A stretch of DNA of 64,000 bases from Caecitellus pseudoparvulus (Eukaryota; Protista; Bigyra: Bicosoecida). The position numbers and the translations under genes are program-made. Location: assembly GCA_965644315.1 (NCBI GenBank), contig CBFFRQ010000080.1, positions 248,001 to 312,000 of the forward strand. The letters are read 5' to 3'. Each line of letters starts with the position of its first letter. Position 1 is the first letter of the stretch. Of this stretch, positions 12,691-24,600 are shown in pieces. Below the pieces are notes generated by a model. It ran no database searches. It saw nothing but the letters and a program-made list of their open reading frames with translations, and was not told where the DNA came from.

Positions 12691-13614
12691 ATGGCTGCTT
12701 CACACGCTTCCTCGACACGGGAGGCAGGTAAGTTTCGAACGGGGCGTGGTGGGTCAAAATCCGCAGCACAACCTGCCCCTGCCCCTTCCAGAGCTCCAAG
12801 AGCTGCAGGAGCTGCTGAAAAGCGCCAAGACCCCTGGCGTGATTGCCATTCTGCAGCGTGAGATTGCCGTGAGATCGGCCCCAGCGCCAGAGCCTGCACC
12901 AGCTCCTGCAGCAGCAGTGGCGACAGCAGTGGCGTCTGCTGCTTCTGTACGTCACCCGCACGACGAGTGCTTCGGGCTGGTTTCCTATGACCACAAGCAC
13001 ACCGAACGCGCACCCATGCAGTCTACGCCGTCATATGAGCACATTAAGTGGGGGTGGGACAGCGGCACCAAGTTTGTGAACGTGTACTGCACCGTGCCAG
13101 GCCTCAAGTCCAGCGACAAAGACAAGGTACAGCGGGTGCCGTGCCGCCGTGCCCAGGCCTGACACTGTTGCACATGCCTCTCCCCATTTCTGGCTCGTTG
13201 TTCCAGGCTGAAGTGGACTTCACGACTACGTCGTTCGACTTGCGTGTGCTGGGTGTGGGAGGCAAGGACTACCGCCTGGTGAAGACCAACTTGGAAAAAG
13301 ACATCAACGTGGACAAGAGCAAGGTAAAGGTGAAGGATGGGAAGGTCGTCATCATGCTGCGCAAGGTGAACGACTACGACTTCTGGAGCAACCTGACCGC
13401 CAAGACGGAGCGCCGGGCAAAGGCTGCTGGTGGCGGGTCCGGCACAGACGGCATCATGGACATGCTGGGGGAGATGTACAACTCTGGAGACGACAACATG
13501 AAGCGCGTGATCGGGGAGGCATGGGAAAAGTCCCAGCGCAGCCGCATGGCGGGGGGCGGCGCACCCGACTTCGGCGGCAGTGCCTTCGACGGCCCCGACG
13601 GCTTGGACCTGTAG
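12691..13614 (+). CDS. CACYBP: Calcyclin-binding protein/SIP (Siah-interacting, CS and SGS domains; 3 introns)
   Basis: ELQELQELLKSAK N-terminal helix, WGWDSGTKFVNVY CS domain, GIMDMLGEMYNSGDDNMKRVIGEAWEKS SGS domain. Confidence 0.88.
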
Positions 13615-13630
13615 CCCTGCCCCGGCACGG

Positions 13631-13638
13631 AATGCATT
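13631..13638. promoter_or_regulatory. AATGCATT palindrome, candidate shared 3'-end signal (CacyBP/DHCR7)
   Basis: Lies in the 48-nt convergent gap. Confidence 0.65.
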
Positions 13639-13662
13639 GCAGCTTGGTGGCTGCGGCACACC

Positions 13663-15068
13663 TCAGAAGAGGCCCGGCACGATCTTGTACGGAACTGCCT
13701 CCTGGTACATGGCCCAGTACTTGCCGTACTTGTTGGCACAGCGCTCGTCGTCACGCCAGGCCCGGTCCAGCAGCAGGATGGTGAGGAAGGTGACGTAGAC
13801 GTAGGGGATGAAGTGCGTCACCTGCACGGGCACCGTCCACAGCAGGGCGGCAGCGATCTCGGGCAGGTAGTGAAAGTGGCGGGACCAGGCCCAGTAGCCG
13901 TCCACGAGCAGAAGGGACTTGCGCACCGTGCCGTCCTTGGTGGTGTACTCAGCCTCGATCATCTTGGGCTTGCGGCCCCAAATGGTGCCCTGCCCCTTGG
14001 TGGCACGGGCATGGGAGCGCTGCTCGTCAGCCTCGTAGTTGATGACAATGGCCGCGCCGCCCAGGGCGGCGAGGGCCAGGGCGACTGGCCAGGTGAGGCC
14101 AGAGGAGCCGCCGTGGTGGGCCCAGAAGGCGGAGTGTGTCATGTACAGGGAAGGAATCCAGACCAGGCAGCCCCAGCAGATGTAGAAGCCGGCGCGGTCG
14201 TGCTGGATGTCCATGGTGTGCATGTACCCCTTCACCTCCCACCAGAAGAACTTGGCGCAGTACGCGATGTTCAGCACCGCGTTCACAAACATCTCAGGGG
14301 CCAGGCCGCCCCCGGTGATCTTCATGTTGTAGGCGGCGGCGGAGAGGGGGAAGAGGGTCCAGAACATCATGCCGAAGCGGCAGTTCGTGAACTGCTTAAC
14401 GTCCCACCCCAGGATGCGTGGGTACAGCTCGGTGCCCCAATAGTAGTCCACAAAGAAGTTCCCCGTGGTGCTGTTGTCGGCGGTGGAGGGGGCGTAGATG
14501 CCCTTGAAGTAGAGAAAGAGACAGAACACGAGGGACGCGCCATTCATGAAGATGACGATGTCGCGGTAGTGGTCCATGAACACGGACAGCTCCCAGAAGC
14601 CCAGGGCGGCACCTCCGATGAAGCCCACCAGGGCGATGCAGAAGTGCTGGAAGGCATTGTCCAGGTACATGGGCCGGTGGCCAGAGGGGGAGACGGGGCC
14701 CTGGTGCCAGAAGCCGGGAGCGGCCCGCATGAGCACCAGCTCCAGCGCGATGTACGTGAGGATGACCTTCACGCCCTCCCAGCTGTGGCGGGTTCGGTGT
14801 GGGCAGGTGCTGAGTGGAGCAGGGCGGGCGGCACAACAGCACTAGGCTCTCACCTGGGAGCAGCGAAAGCTGAATCGATGAAGGCTGCCGGCTCCTCCAG
14901 GATCTCAGTGACTGTCGCGCCGAGGTCGCCCTCGTGCACAGTGTTGGCGTGCACCAGCACCATGGACACGACAGGCGGCGCCAGCGTGAGGAAGAGGGGG
15001 CCAAGGGAATCGCGGGCTCCGAAGAATCCCCCACCCTTGGCCTTGTTGGTGCCTGTCCACATGCTCAT
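13663..15068 (-). CDS. DHCR7: 7-dehydrocholesterol (sterol delta-7) reductase, DWF5-like (intron 14783-14853)
   Basis: DYYWGTELYPRI, KQFTNCRFGMMFW, TMDIQHDRAGFYICWGCLVW, SRHFHYLPEI, RDDERCANKYGKYW. Confidence 0.93.
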
Positions 15069-15692
15069 GATCGATGCGTTGTGGGAAGGCGGGCGGCTCG
15101 GAGCGGAAAGTGCCTGCGGACTTTGAGTGGTCCGAAGCGGCAACAACCCTGCTGACGTGGCAGCAGCACACAGCTCTGAAGTGCACCTGGCGCGAAATGC
15201 TGCATCCACACGGTTGGATGCGTGGGAACGGTGTGATATGCCTGCCCGCGTCTTACGTAGCTTGCGGCGCTGCTCGAGCATGGCCGCCCGCCCAGCCGTT
15301 TGCAGGCTTGCGCCCCCCCCCCACACCCCCTCCACGCCACGATAGAAGTCAGCCAGCGAGCAACGGGCGAGGCCAAATTTTCTCACCTACACCTTCACGC
15401 TCACCTCCTGCCCATCTGCGTCCCTTAGCCACCTCAGCTCCCCCAGCGTGTCTCCACTAGCACTCTCGCTATTGGAGCCCCAGCGGACTGTTCAGCGGCC
15501 CGCACACACAGCCAGGCACAGGCCCGTTCCATGCGGTGAAAACCCATGACACGAGTATTTGAGTCCGGCTGCCAACACCATTCATTGTAACATCACGGTG
15601 CGTGGCGCGAAGCGGCACTTGAAGCTGCCCCGGCTTCCGTGCATTTCCGCGCACGCCGCCTCATGCTCGCCTCTGCCGTGCCTCCTTCTCAG

Positions 15693-17404
15693 ATGGCCTC
15701 CGCATCCTCCACAACCTATTCCGACGCACCTATCAAGGTCGTCAGTCCCTTGGTGACTTACACCGATGACGTCGTTGAGGCCAAGTACTCGTACGAAACG
15801 ACGAGCGTGACTGTTGATGAAAAGGGAGGCCTGGTGGCACAGCCCGTGACCACCGGCTTCACCTTCCGAACCCAGCGCAAAGTGCCCAAGGTGGGCGTCA
15901 TGATTGCTGGGCTTGGTGGCAACAACGGCACCACCCTGACTGCCAGGTGAGCGGGCCGTGTTCCGCCCCGGCGCGCCAGCGGCGTTTCACGCGGCCGCCG
16001 TCCACCCATTTGCACAGCATCCTGGCCAACAAGACCGGCACTTGCTGGATGACCAAGGAGGGCAAGAAGACCCCCAACTACTTTGGGTCCGTCACCCAGG
16101 CATCCACCGTGCGCCTGGGCTCTGACGCGGCAGGCAAGGACGTCTACGTGCCCATGTCACGTGTCCTTCCCATGGTGCACCCCAACGAGTGGGTGGTCAC
16201 TGGCTGGGACATCAGCGGCGCCAACTTGGCCGACGCCATGGCCCGCGCGGCAGTGCTGCCCTATGACCTCCAGCGCCAGCTGGCCCCAGCCATGAAGGCC
16301 ATGGTGCCCCTGCCTGGCATCTACGACCCTGACTTCATCGCTGCCAACCAGGAGGACCGTGCCGACAACGTCATCCCCGGCACCAAGGCCGAGCAGGTGG
16401 CGGCTGTGCGCAAGCACATCGCCGACTTCAAGGCCTCCTCTGGCGTGGACAAAGTCGTCGTGGTCTGGTCTGCCAACACCGAGCGCTTCTCGGACGTGCG
16501 GGAGGGCCTGAACACCACCGCCGCTGAGCTGCTCGCCTCCATCGAGAAGGGTGAGGCGGAGGTGTCCCCCTCCACCCTCATGGCTGTCGCTGCCATCCAG
16601 GAGGGCTGCACGTACATCAACGGCTCCCCCCAGAACACCTTCGTGCCAGGCGTCATCGAGATGGCCGCCGAGGCGGGCGTGTACATCGGCGGTGACGACT
16701 TCAAGAGTGGCCAGACGAAGATGAAGTCTGTGCTGGTGGATTTCCTGGTGGGCGCAGGCATCAAGCCCGCCTCCATCGTCTCCTACAACCACCTCGGCAA
16801 CAACGACGGCAAGAACCTGTCTGCGCCCAAGCAGTTCCGGTCCAAGGAGATCTCCAAGTCCAACGTCGTGGACGACATGGTGGCCTCCAACGGCATCCTG
16901 TACGCGCCTGGCGAGGTGCCCGACCACTGCGTCGTGATCAAGTACGTCCCCTACGTGGGGGACAGCAAGCGCGCCATGGATGAGTACACCTCCGAGATCT
17001 TCATGGGTGGCAGCAACACCATTGTCATGCACAACACCTGCGAGGATTCCCTGCTCGCGGCGCCTCTCATCATCGACCTCGTCGTGCTGGGTGAGCTGAC
17101 CGAGCGCATGACCATCAAGCAGGACGGCGAGGAGAGCTTCCACGGCTTCCACGCTGTGCTGTCCCTGCTCTCCTACCTGCTCAAGGCGCCCCTGGTGCCC
17201 ACTGGCGCCCCCGTCATCAACGCGCTCTTCAAGCAGCGCGAGGCCATCACCAATGTCCTCCGTGCTGCTGTTGGGCTGCCCCCTGAGAACCACATGCTGC
17301 TGGAGCACCGCATGCCAGGTGTCGGTGCCCTCAGCGCCATGGCAGGTGGCGCCGGCCCTGTCGCGGCCGCTGGCGGCGCCGCCGCTGAGGAGGTCAAGGA
17401 GTGA
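15693..17404 (+). CDS. INO1: myo-inositol-1-phosphate synthase (intron 15947-16017; probable 5'UTR intron ending at 15692)
   Basis: [58 protein letters not shown]. Confidence 0.97.
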
Positions 17405-17478
17405 GCCAACGCTCCTTCCCTCCCCCCCACGTGCGTGAACACCCTCGATTGAGCACGGAAAGGCGGTGTGCGAGGCTC

Positions 17479-17486
17479 AATGCATT
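17479..17486. promoter_or_regulatory. AATGCATT palindrome, candidate shared 3'-end signal (INO1/DDT protein)
   Basis: Lies in the 100-nt convergent gap. Confidence 0.65.
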
Positions 17487-17504
17487 AACCTGACATAGCG
17501 CATG

Positions 17505-20500
17505 TCACTCACTTTCTTCCTCGTCGTCATACTCCAGGCCTTCCTCCTCCTCAACCTCATCCTCTTCCTGCTGCACCCAAGGTCTGGCCTCCCGCGCGAT
17601 GAGGCTGCGAGGGACTGTGGCAAGGCCCCCCGCAGCGGCACGCTCGTGCAGCTCCTGCACCGCCAAAGCCACAGCAGGCAGCGTGGCAGCCCCAGCCACC
17701 CGCACGCGCCACCTGCGCCGCCCTGAACGGTACCGCCACAGCACGGCTGCGCCATCAATGGCGAACTCCTCCTCATCCTCAGCAGACCCCATGCTTCCTT
17801 CCTCCTCCCCGTCACTCCAGCCATCTGGCCGGGCTGGGTCTTCCCACCACGGCTCCTCGGGGGCATCCACGCCTTCCTCGCCTGCCTCTGCACGGCGGGT
17901 GAGGGACAGGGCCGCCATTGCCGCCCGCCGGCGCTCTGCGCGTTGCTGGGCGTACATGTGGCTCTCCAACGCCAGCAGCAGGGGAGCCACCTCGTGCGCT
18001 GCGTGTGCTGCCGCCACAGCCGCAGTCCATGTGTCCAGGCTCATTTGCTCGGCAGCCGAGGGGCCTCTTCGCGTCACGAGGGTGCCATGCTCCTCCAGCA
18101 CCTTGGGAGGGGGTGGGGGCACTTGCCAAGGGCTGGCCTTCCGCATGTAGTCGATGCCTGGCCCCCGCATGTTGGGGGCTGGCTGCGTCAGCCACTCACA
18201 CTTTGCCTCCGCACCTGCGCCCTCCATCACATCCTTGAACGCGACCATGAGTGCCAAGACAGTGGACCGCACAGCGACCGACGCAGCCTTGGGTGTTGGC
18301 AGCAGGTCCAGTGGGTGCTCTTCGTCGGCGTCCCCAGTCACTGGGGCTGCTGCCTGCGCTTCATCCTGGGTCGTGGGCTGAGCACCCCGCGCAGAAGCTG
18401 CCAGCTTGGCACTGGCTGCTAGCGCTGCCGAGCGCCGGGTGCGCTTGGGCGCCGGGGCCTGCTCTGCGGCCTCTCGCTCCTCCTCAGCCAGCGCCCTGGC
18501 AAGGGCAGCATCGGCATCTTCTCGACTTCGCAGGCGCTTGGTGCCGCCCAGGGCGCTTGCCTCGCTGTCGGCGGCGGCGGAGCCGGCGTCGCCGCCTGCT
18601 TCTGGAAGCCCTAAGAGCTCCTCAATGCTGCTCTGGTGCATGCCGCGAGAGGCCATCGTGTGGGCTATGTGCTCGCGCTTGGCGCGCTGCGTCCACAGGC
18701 TGCTGCTGAGGCGCGTCGCCGCCAGCTCCAGAGCACTGTACAGCGCTCCCTCCTGCTGCCCCCTGGAGTCCAGTGAGTTCAGCAAGCGCTGCACACCCTC
18801 GATGGTGTCAAGAAAGCCCCACCTGGACACTGTCCTTGCAGGGTCCCCAGCAGCCAGTGCCCTGGCGCCGAGCAACTCATCGGCGAGGTGTGACCCTGCC
18901 AGCTCCGCGTCCACTTCTGCAGCGGTGAACTTCTTCGAACGCCGCTTGGGCTTACCTGCAGGTTGCTCTGTGGTGGGGGTGTCGCCTGCCGCCCCTGCAC
19001 CTGGCGCTGCCGCGGAGGCGCTGGACTGGCCGCTGGAGACCTGGGGGCCCGCCTGCTTGGCCAGGCGGGCGAGTGTCTCTTGCTCGCTGAGGAGAACCCC
19101 AGCAGCGGTGGCAGCCGAGTCGGCGACTGCCCACTCCACATATACCCGCGTGCTGTCTGCCGCAAAGCGCCAGTAGCGAGTGCCATGCCGGTCTCGCCCA
19201 AGCAGGGTTGCGCCTGTGGCGACCTTGGCCAGCCTGCGAGAGTACTTAAGCGCAATGCGACGCTTCATGTCCTCGATCTCCTCGGCTAGCCTCGCTTTCT
19301 GCGCTTCCTCTTGCAGGCCGACTCGAGCCAGCGCTGCGGCAGTCAAGACTGGGTCTGTCCGTTTCGCCTTGCCTCGCCCCAGCTCAAAGCCGCAGCCAGA
19401 CTCCTTGGCAGTGCGAATGGCGTCGGTGAGGCGGTCAAGGTCCTTTGCCTGCGCAGCTTCCTTCAACTCCAGCTCCAGGGACGCCCGCAGCTCGGCAAGC
19501 GCTGCGTGGTCTGGCTGGTCTGGAAGGGGGGCACCCGGCTCACCTGCGGCCTTGTGCACGGCCTCCCGGCGCCGTTGTGTTCGAGCGTCCAAGGCCTCCC
19601 GCTTGGCCCGCGCCGTCTCGGCAGCCTTGCGCTCCTCTGCCCGCTGGGAGTCCAGGATGGCCTCCCGGCGCTTGACGCGATCTTGCACCACGCCTGCAAC
19701 AACCTTGGTCACCGTCGCGCCGTCCACGAGCAGCCGGAGAATGGCCAGGCGCTGATCCAGGGTCAAGTCTGTGTACTCCTTGGAAGCCAGGGCTTTCACC
19801 GCCGCCACGCCTTGGGGGTCTGCGACCTCTGCCATCTCGGCACCCTCTGGCGTGTGCAGCAGCACCAAGCGCAGCACTTCGGGCCATGTCAGGGGTGAGA
19901 GGAGGGCCAGCGTGGGGGCGACCGCCTCCGTGTCGCCTGCCGTGTCCCCAAACAGGAAGTCGTCCTCGTCATCGTCATCGTCTGCCGCGTCCTCGCTCAC
20001 GCCCTCGCGCTGCTCCAGGATCAATCGCAGCAGAGCCATGTGCACGCGAGTGATGAGGCGGTGCCCTCGCCACTGCTGGCACGAGAAGGCGGTGACGAGG
20101 TCCTCCACCTCCACCCGGTCCAGCGACGTCGTCAGGCGAGCGACCGTTTCATCACCCACTCCCACCAACCAAGGGTTGATGCGTGCGAGCTTGTCTGCTT
20201 CACTTTCTGCTGCTGCCTCCCCGTGAGCTGCAGAGGAAGGCAGGCCGTGGGGGGCGAAGGGAGACGCCAGGGCGCTGCCGGTGCTCTGGATCCCTTCCGC
20301 TTTGGGAGAGGCGGGCGGAACGGCCTCCTCCGCCTGCAGCACCTGGCTGTCGGCGAGGACCATGTGGTCGCCACACGCAGTGGGGCTGCCGTCCAAGACT
20401 GCTGCCCCTGCGAACACGCGCACGAAGTCCCACACTTGCAGCAGCGCGCCGTACTGCTCGTGTGTTGCCAGGCCATGTGCCTTGCACACAGGTGGCGGGG

Positions 20501-20813
20501 CCTCCAGCCCAAGCCCCAGCGCACCATGCTCCTCCACGTAGCTAGCTGGATACGCTGGCTCCAAGTGCAGCAAGGAATCGTGCACGGGGTACGCTTTTTG
20601 CCGCTTGGCGAAGGTCACAGTCGCCGGCGGCGGCGCGCTGGCTTTCTCCTTCGCAGCTTGCAGTGCCGCCCAAGCCTTGCGGTCACGAAGGTCCTCTGGG
20701 AGCTTGTTGGCGCGGATGGCTTGCTTCAGCGACCGCATGTCCCAGCCCCGAATGGTGCGCTTGCGCCGCGGGGTGTCGCTCTTGCCCCCATGTGCAGAGC
20801 CAGTGCTGCTCAT
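17505..20813 (-). CDS. DDT/WHIM1/WSD domain chromatin protein (ACF1/Itc1/RLT-like ISWI partner)
   Basis: DDT-like GALLQVWDFVRVF, LTWPEVLR, WHIM1 EYTDLTLDQRLAILRLLVD, WSD LGRDRHGTRYWRF...LLNSLDSRGQQEGALY. Start uncertain. Confidence 0.75.
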   Translation of the reverse strand: MSSTGSAHGGKSDTPRRKRTIRGWDMRSLKQAIRANKLPEDLRDRKAWAALQAAKEKASAPPPATVTFAKRQKAYPVHDSLLHLEPAYPASYVEEHGALGLGLEAPPPVCKAHGLATHEQYGALLQVWDFVRVFAGAAVLDGSPTACGDHMVLADSQVLQAEEAVPPASPKAEGIQSTGSALASPFAPHGLPSSAAHGEAAAESEADKLARINPWLVGVGDETVARLTTSLDRVEVEDLVTAFSCQQWRGHRLITRVHMALLRLILEQREGVSEDAADDDDDEDDFLFGDTAGDTEAVAPTLALLSPLTWPEVLRLVLLHTPEGAEMAEVADPQGVAAVKALASKEYTDLTLDQRLAILRLLVDGATVTKVVAGVVQDRVKRREAILDSQRAEERKAAETARAKREALDARTQRRREAVHKAAGEPGAPLPDQPDHAALAELRASLELELKEAAQAKDLDRLTDAIRTAKESGCGFELGRGKAKRTDPVLTAAALARVGLQEEAQKARLAEEIEDMKRRIALKYSRRLAKVATGATLLGRDRHGTRYWRFAADSTRVYVEWAVADSAATAAGVLLSEQETLARLAKQAGPQVSSGQSSASAAAPGAGAAGDTPTTEQPAGKPKRRSKKFTAAEVDAELAGSHLADELLGARALAAGDPARTVSRWGFLDTIEGVQRLLNSLDSRGQQEGALYSALELAATRLSSSLWTQRAKREHIAHTMASRGMHQSSIEELLGLPEAGGDAGSAAADSEASALGGTKRLRSREDADAALARALAEEEREAAEQAPAPKRTRRSAALAASAKLAASARGAQPTTQDEAQAAAPVTGDADEEHPLDLLPTPKAASVAVRSTVLALMVAFKDVMEGAGAEAKCEWLTQPAPNMRGPGIDYMRKASPWQVPPPPPKVLEEHGTLVTRRGPSAAEQMSLDTWTAAVAAAHAAHEVAPLLLALESHMYAQQRAERRRAAMAALSLTRRAEAGEEGVDAPEEPWWEDPARPDGWSDGEEEGSMGSAEDEEEFAIDGAAVLWRYRSGRRRWRVRVAGAATLPAVALAVQELHERAAAGGLATVPRSLIAREARPWVQQEEDEVEEEEGLEYDDEEESE

Positions 20814-21213
20814 GGTGCCCGCTGCTCCTTGCCAGTCGTGTGCGCCAGCGCAAACGCCCTGCGAAGACAGGGCAAAGCTGTAATTGGGAGTCATAGGGGA
20901 GCGCTCTTCAGGCAATGCGTGCTGCACGGTGGTCCAAAGGGCCCAAAGCGCCCTCGCACACGCTTGCCGGGTGCGGCATTTGAACACTCACCTGCGACAC
21001 TACGAAGCCGGCACAGCGCCAGACAGGGAACGAAGCGTGCCAATGAGTGTGTCAGGCAAGACACATGAAAAGTACGGCAAGTGGGGGTTATGATTGGTCT
21101 GCCTTGGGCACTCGCAAGTGTGCCTCACCGCTGCAAAGCAGATTTCGTCCCAGGCTCAAGCAGTGGCCGACGCCCCCAATGCCCGCTACCCTCGCTTTCC
21201 ACGGCCAAGCCCC

Positions 21214-21325
21214 GATTCTTCCACAAGTGTTCTATACACTTTATGATGAGTAGCATGAACTGTACCTTGATGACTCGTCCGTCTCCTACCTTGTTACGCA
21301 AACGGACGCTAAGCTATTCTGACTC
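21214..21325 (+). ncRNA. Box C/D snoRNA, U13/snR45-like (18S helix-45 ac4C guide)
   Basis: Box C ATGATGA 21243-21249 and box D CTGA 21319-21322, closed by the GAGTAGC/GCTATTC stem. ACCTTGTTACG (21288-21298) is antisense to 18S CGUAACAAGGU and lies in the loop of the CGTCCGT/ACGGACG stem. The 5' GATTCTTCC is antisense to 18S GGAAGGAUC. Confidence 0.8.
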
Positions 21326-21447
21326 CCCACACGAACACCGTGACAAACTTAACAGCTCAACAACAAAAACCCACAATCTACACATGACACACGTAAAGCA
21401 AGATTCGCGCAGTTGTCGCAAAACTGCGCCGGCAGGTATTCACGTCG

Positions 21448-21453
21448 AAAAAA
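21448..21453 (-). terminator. Pol III oligo-T terminator of tRNA-Cys
   Basis: T6 run beginning 2 nt after the discriminator base on the minus strand. Confidence 0.75.
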
Positions 21454-21454
21454 G

Positions 21455-21527
21455 AGGAATCGACGGGAATCGAACCCGTGACCTGGTGAACTGCAATCAC
21501 CCGCGCTAACCACTGTGCCACAATTCC
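21455..21527 (-). tRNA. tRNA-Cys(GCA), intronless
   Basis: Cloverleaf: acceptor GGAATTG/CGATTCC, anticodon stem GGTGA/TCACC with loop TT-GCA-GT, T-arm ACGGG-TTCGATT-CCCGT, discriminator U73. Confidence 0.92.
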
Positions 21528-21690
21528 ATTGTTGCAGGATGGGGCAAAAACTGTAATCTAGTACAATGCTGTACTACCCCTCCTCAAACCTTCTTCACCC
21601 AGCAACACCAGCCCGCCAAATCTCGGCCCCCGAACGCCCAGGCTGGCGCTATGATCACCCTTGCGTGGCCGTTCACGCACTTAAGCTGCC

Positions 21691-24600
21691 ATGGATCCTG
21701 CATCAGCAACTCCCGCCGCCGGCAGTCTGGCGCAGGGTCACTCAGCCCAGGGACAGCACAACGGCATCCAGGTGCGCTGGCTGCTCCTACTACCTGCACC
21801 GATTCGCGCGTGTCTGGAGCAGGGCGTGCCACCTCCGTGCATTCCCAGGTGGTGTGTCGCTTCAGGCCCCAGCTGCCGTTCGAAAAGGATGAAGGGGGGC
21901 ACAACTGCGCCTTCATGAATGCTGCTAGCGTAAGCAGCAGCGAGCTTGCAGAGCAGCGCTGCTGGGTGCCTTGCAGCCTCCCCTGCGACCCCTTCACAGG
22001 GAATGGTTCGTCACATGAATACCAAAGTGGTGGGCGGGTATGAAGCATTCAAGTTCGACCATGTTTTCGGCCCCAAAGCTTCCCAGGTGCGGCCTGCCGA
22101 AGGCTGTGCGGAAATTGCCAGCCAACACCCGCTTCTCGAGCCCCAACCCCTGCAGGAATTCGTGTACGACGCTGTGGCCAAGCCCCTGGTGTCACATATG
22201 CTACGCGGTTCAGATGCTGCTGTTCTGGCGTATGGAGCCACTGGGACAGGGAAAACGTAGGAGCCCGTCGCCTCGCGCAAGCTTGCCGGGAGCACCAGCA
22301 CCAGTGCCTTGCCCCCCCCGTCGCGCAGGTACACGCTCATGGGACCTGCAGGTGATCAACCGCCAGCGATCCCAGGTCCTTCTGTGGGGATTCTGCCCCG
22401 GATGGCTGAGGAGCTGTTTCAGCAGCTCGATCAGCTGCCTCACCAAGGCGAGGCGCTTGTGTCCCTGCGCATCCTCGAGCTGCAGGCTGAAGTGTGGAGG
22501 GACACCTTGGGAGCAGTGCTGCTCCCAGCCGCCGAGCAAAGTGGCGCCCCGGGCATGGTGCAGTCTCCCGGCGGCTCCCATTCCCTGCACGGCGCAGCGT
22601 CGGTGCAAGTTCGCTCGGCGGGGGAGGTGCTTGCGCTGCTCGATGCAGCGACCGCAGCACGCGCCACAGCCAGCACGAGGCACAACGCCAACAGTTCCAG
22701 GTCGCACCTTGTGTGCCAGATCTCCCTGCACCTGCCAGATGCTGAGCCCAGCACGCTGACTGTGGTGGACCTCGCCGGCGCAGAGAGCGCGCCAGCTGCA
22801 GTGCAGGAAACCAGTGGCGCCACGCCACACCAGGGAGCGGCAGACTTGGGGGGTGGGGCAGTGGCCCAGCGCCGGCGGCGCCGCGCCCGTGTGAGTGCAG
22901 GCATCAACACCTCCTTGGCCGCCCTGTCCAATGTCTTGCGAGCGCTGGCAGCTGACCGGCCGCACGTCCCACTGCGGGCCTCCAAGCTCACCCGGCTGCT
23001 GGCGCCGGCCCTGCTGGGCTCAGGGGCGTGCACGCTGGTTGTATGTGCGTCTCCATCTGACGTCCGTCGCAGCGAGACCCGAGCATCGCTGCGCTTCGCG
23101 GCCACTGCTCGGCGTGTCAAGCCCCGCAACACCCGGCACCGTGCCGCCCCTGTGCCCGGTCACTCCACTTCCTCGGCACTGGAGCCAGAGCTGCAGCGCC
23201 TCGTGGGTCCACTGCATGCTGCACAAGTGCTCGGTGCTGAGAGTGGCCCGGCTGCCCCTGCGGCTCGCCCAGGCACCGGAGCCTCCGGCCCAGCCCGCCC
23301 GGTGCCGAGCGACGCGCTGGGCCAGGGGCCTGAGCCGCTGCCTGTGCCCAAACCGACACCCCAGCCGTGGCACATGACAGAGGCGGTGAGCCCCGTGGCT
23401 CTGTCCACGCCGCCGCGGCGGAGCAGTGCCCAGGACGCGCCTGGGCCGGTCCGCGCTGTGTCACCCCCCAGCAGCCCGACGGCTGCACTGGCGGAGGAGG
23501 TGGCTAGAATCGACGCCCGCATCGCCGAGGTCCGAGCTGGCCTGCTGGATGGCGGCAGGGCGCCGTCCCCGCCGCAGGTGGACACCCTGCGCCTGGACGA
23601 GGACCGACTGCTGCAGAGCCGCATCGAGAGCGAGGTGAAGCGGCGGCCTGTGTGGGCCACGCCAGCTGCCAGCCCCGATGCCTGGCTCCATGCCTCCACA
23701 CGGGACACGGCATACTCCCCTTACCTCGACTCGACGCTGCGCCCTTCGGGACACCACTTCTCCACGCTGTCCCCTGCCCCCACCCCGCGTGCCGCCTCTG
23801 TCCGCACCACTTATTGCGAGACAGGTGAACTGAAGCCACCCACCCCAGTCCATCAGGCGTCACAGTATGAGCTGCACACGATCCGCCTGCAGGCAGGCCC
23901 ACTGGGGGCACACCTCGCGCCCCGATTCAGGGCACCGGGGGCCCAGCCTGGGCCCGATGCGACTGGCGCTGCCATCGCTAGCCTGGAGCCGTACTCAGCA
24001 GCAGCCGGCATGCTGAGAGCAGGGGACGTTGTGGCAGTCGTGAACGGTGCATCTGCTTTGCACATGCCTTTTGCTGGCGTGGTGGAGGTGCTGGGCAGTG
24101 CTGCAAGAGGCTTGCCGCGGCCAGGCCAACCTGGCTCTGCAGCTCAGCCGTTGGTGCTCACTGTGCTGCGCAGAGCCTCTGCAGCGGACGCCGACGAGGG
24201 TCAGACTCAGGCAGATCGAAGTGATGATGGCGAGGCCCCAGACAACCTCGCTCCGCCCAGGAGTCCATCCCCAGTCGCCCCTGCTCCAGGGCCGACCCGG
24301 ACAGCAGGGCTGACCGCTGGCGCGGCACTTCGAGCCTTGTTGGCCTCCAAGTCTCCCCGCAGAAGGTCCGACACCCCCATCCAAGCCCGTGTGGTGCCTG
24401 GGTCACCTCCACCTGGCGAAATGGCAGAGGCTATGGACCCTGTGCAGCGTGCCGTTGCCGTTGCCGCTGCGGCGAAAATGATGCAGCAGCTGGGCGAAGG
24501 GGCCGGGGCCCCCGGTGCAGAGCACGCTCCTGGGGATGTCGCCGCCCTGGCTGCACAGGCTGCCAGCATTGCAGCCCGTGTCTCGCGCAAGGCACCCCCC

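Noticed and set aside
21288-21298. 18S-matching sequence ACCTTGTTACG read as an rRNA fragment or primer contamination
   Set aside because: It is only 11 nt, antisense, and embedded between C and D boxes, so a snoRNA guide explains it better.
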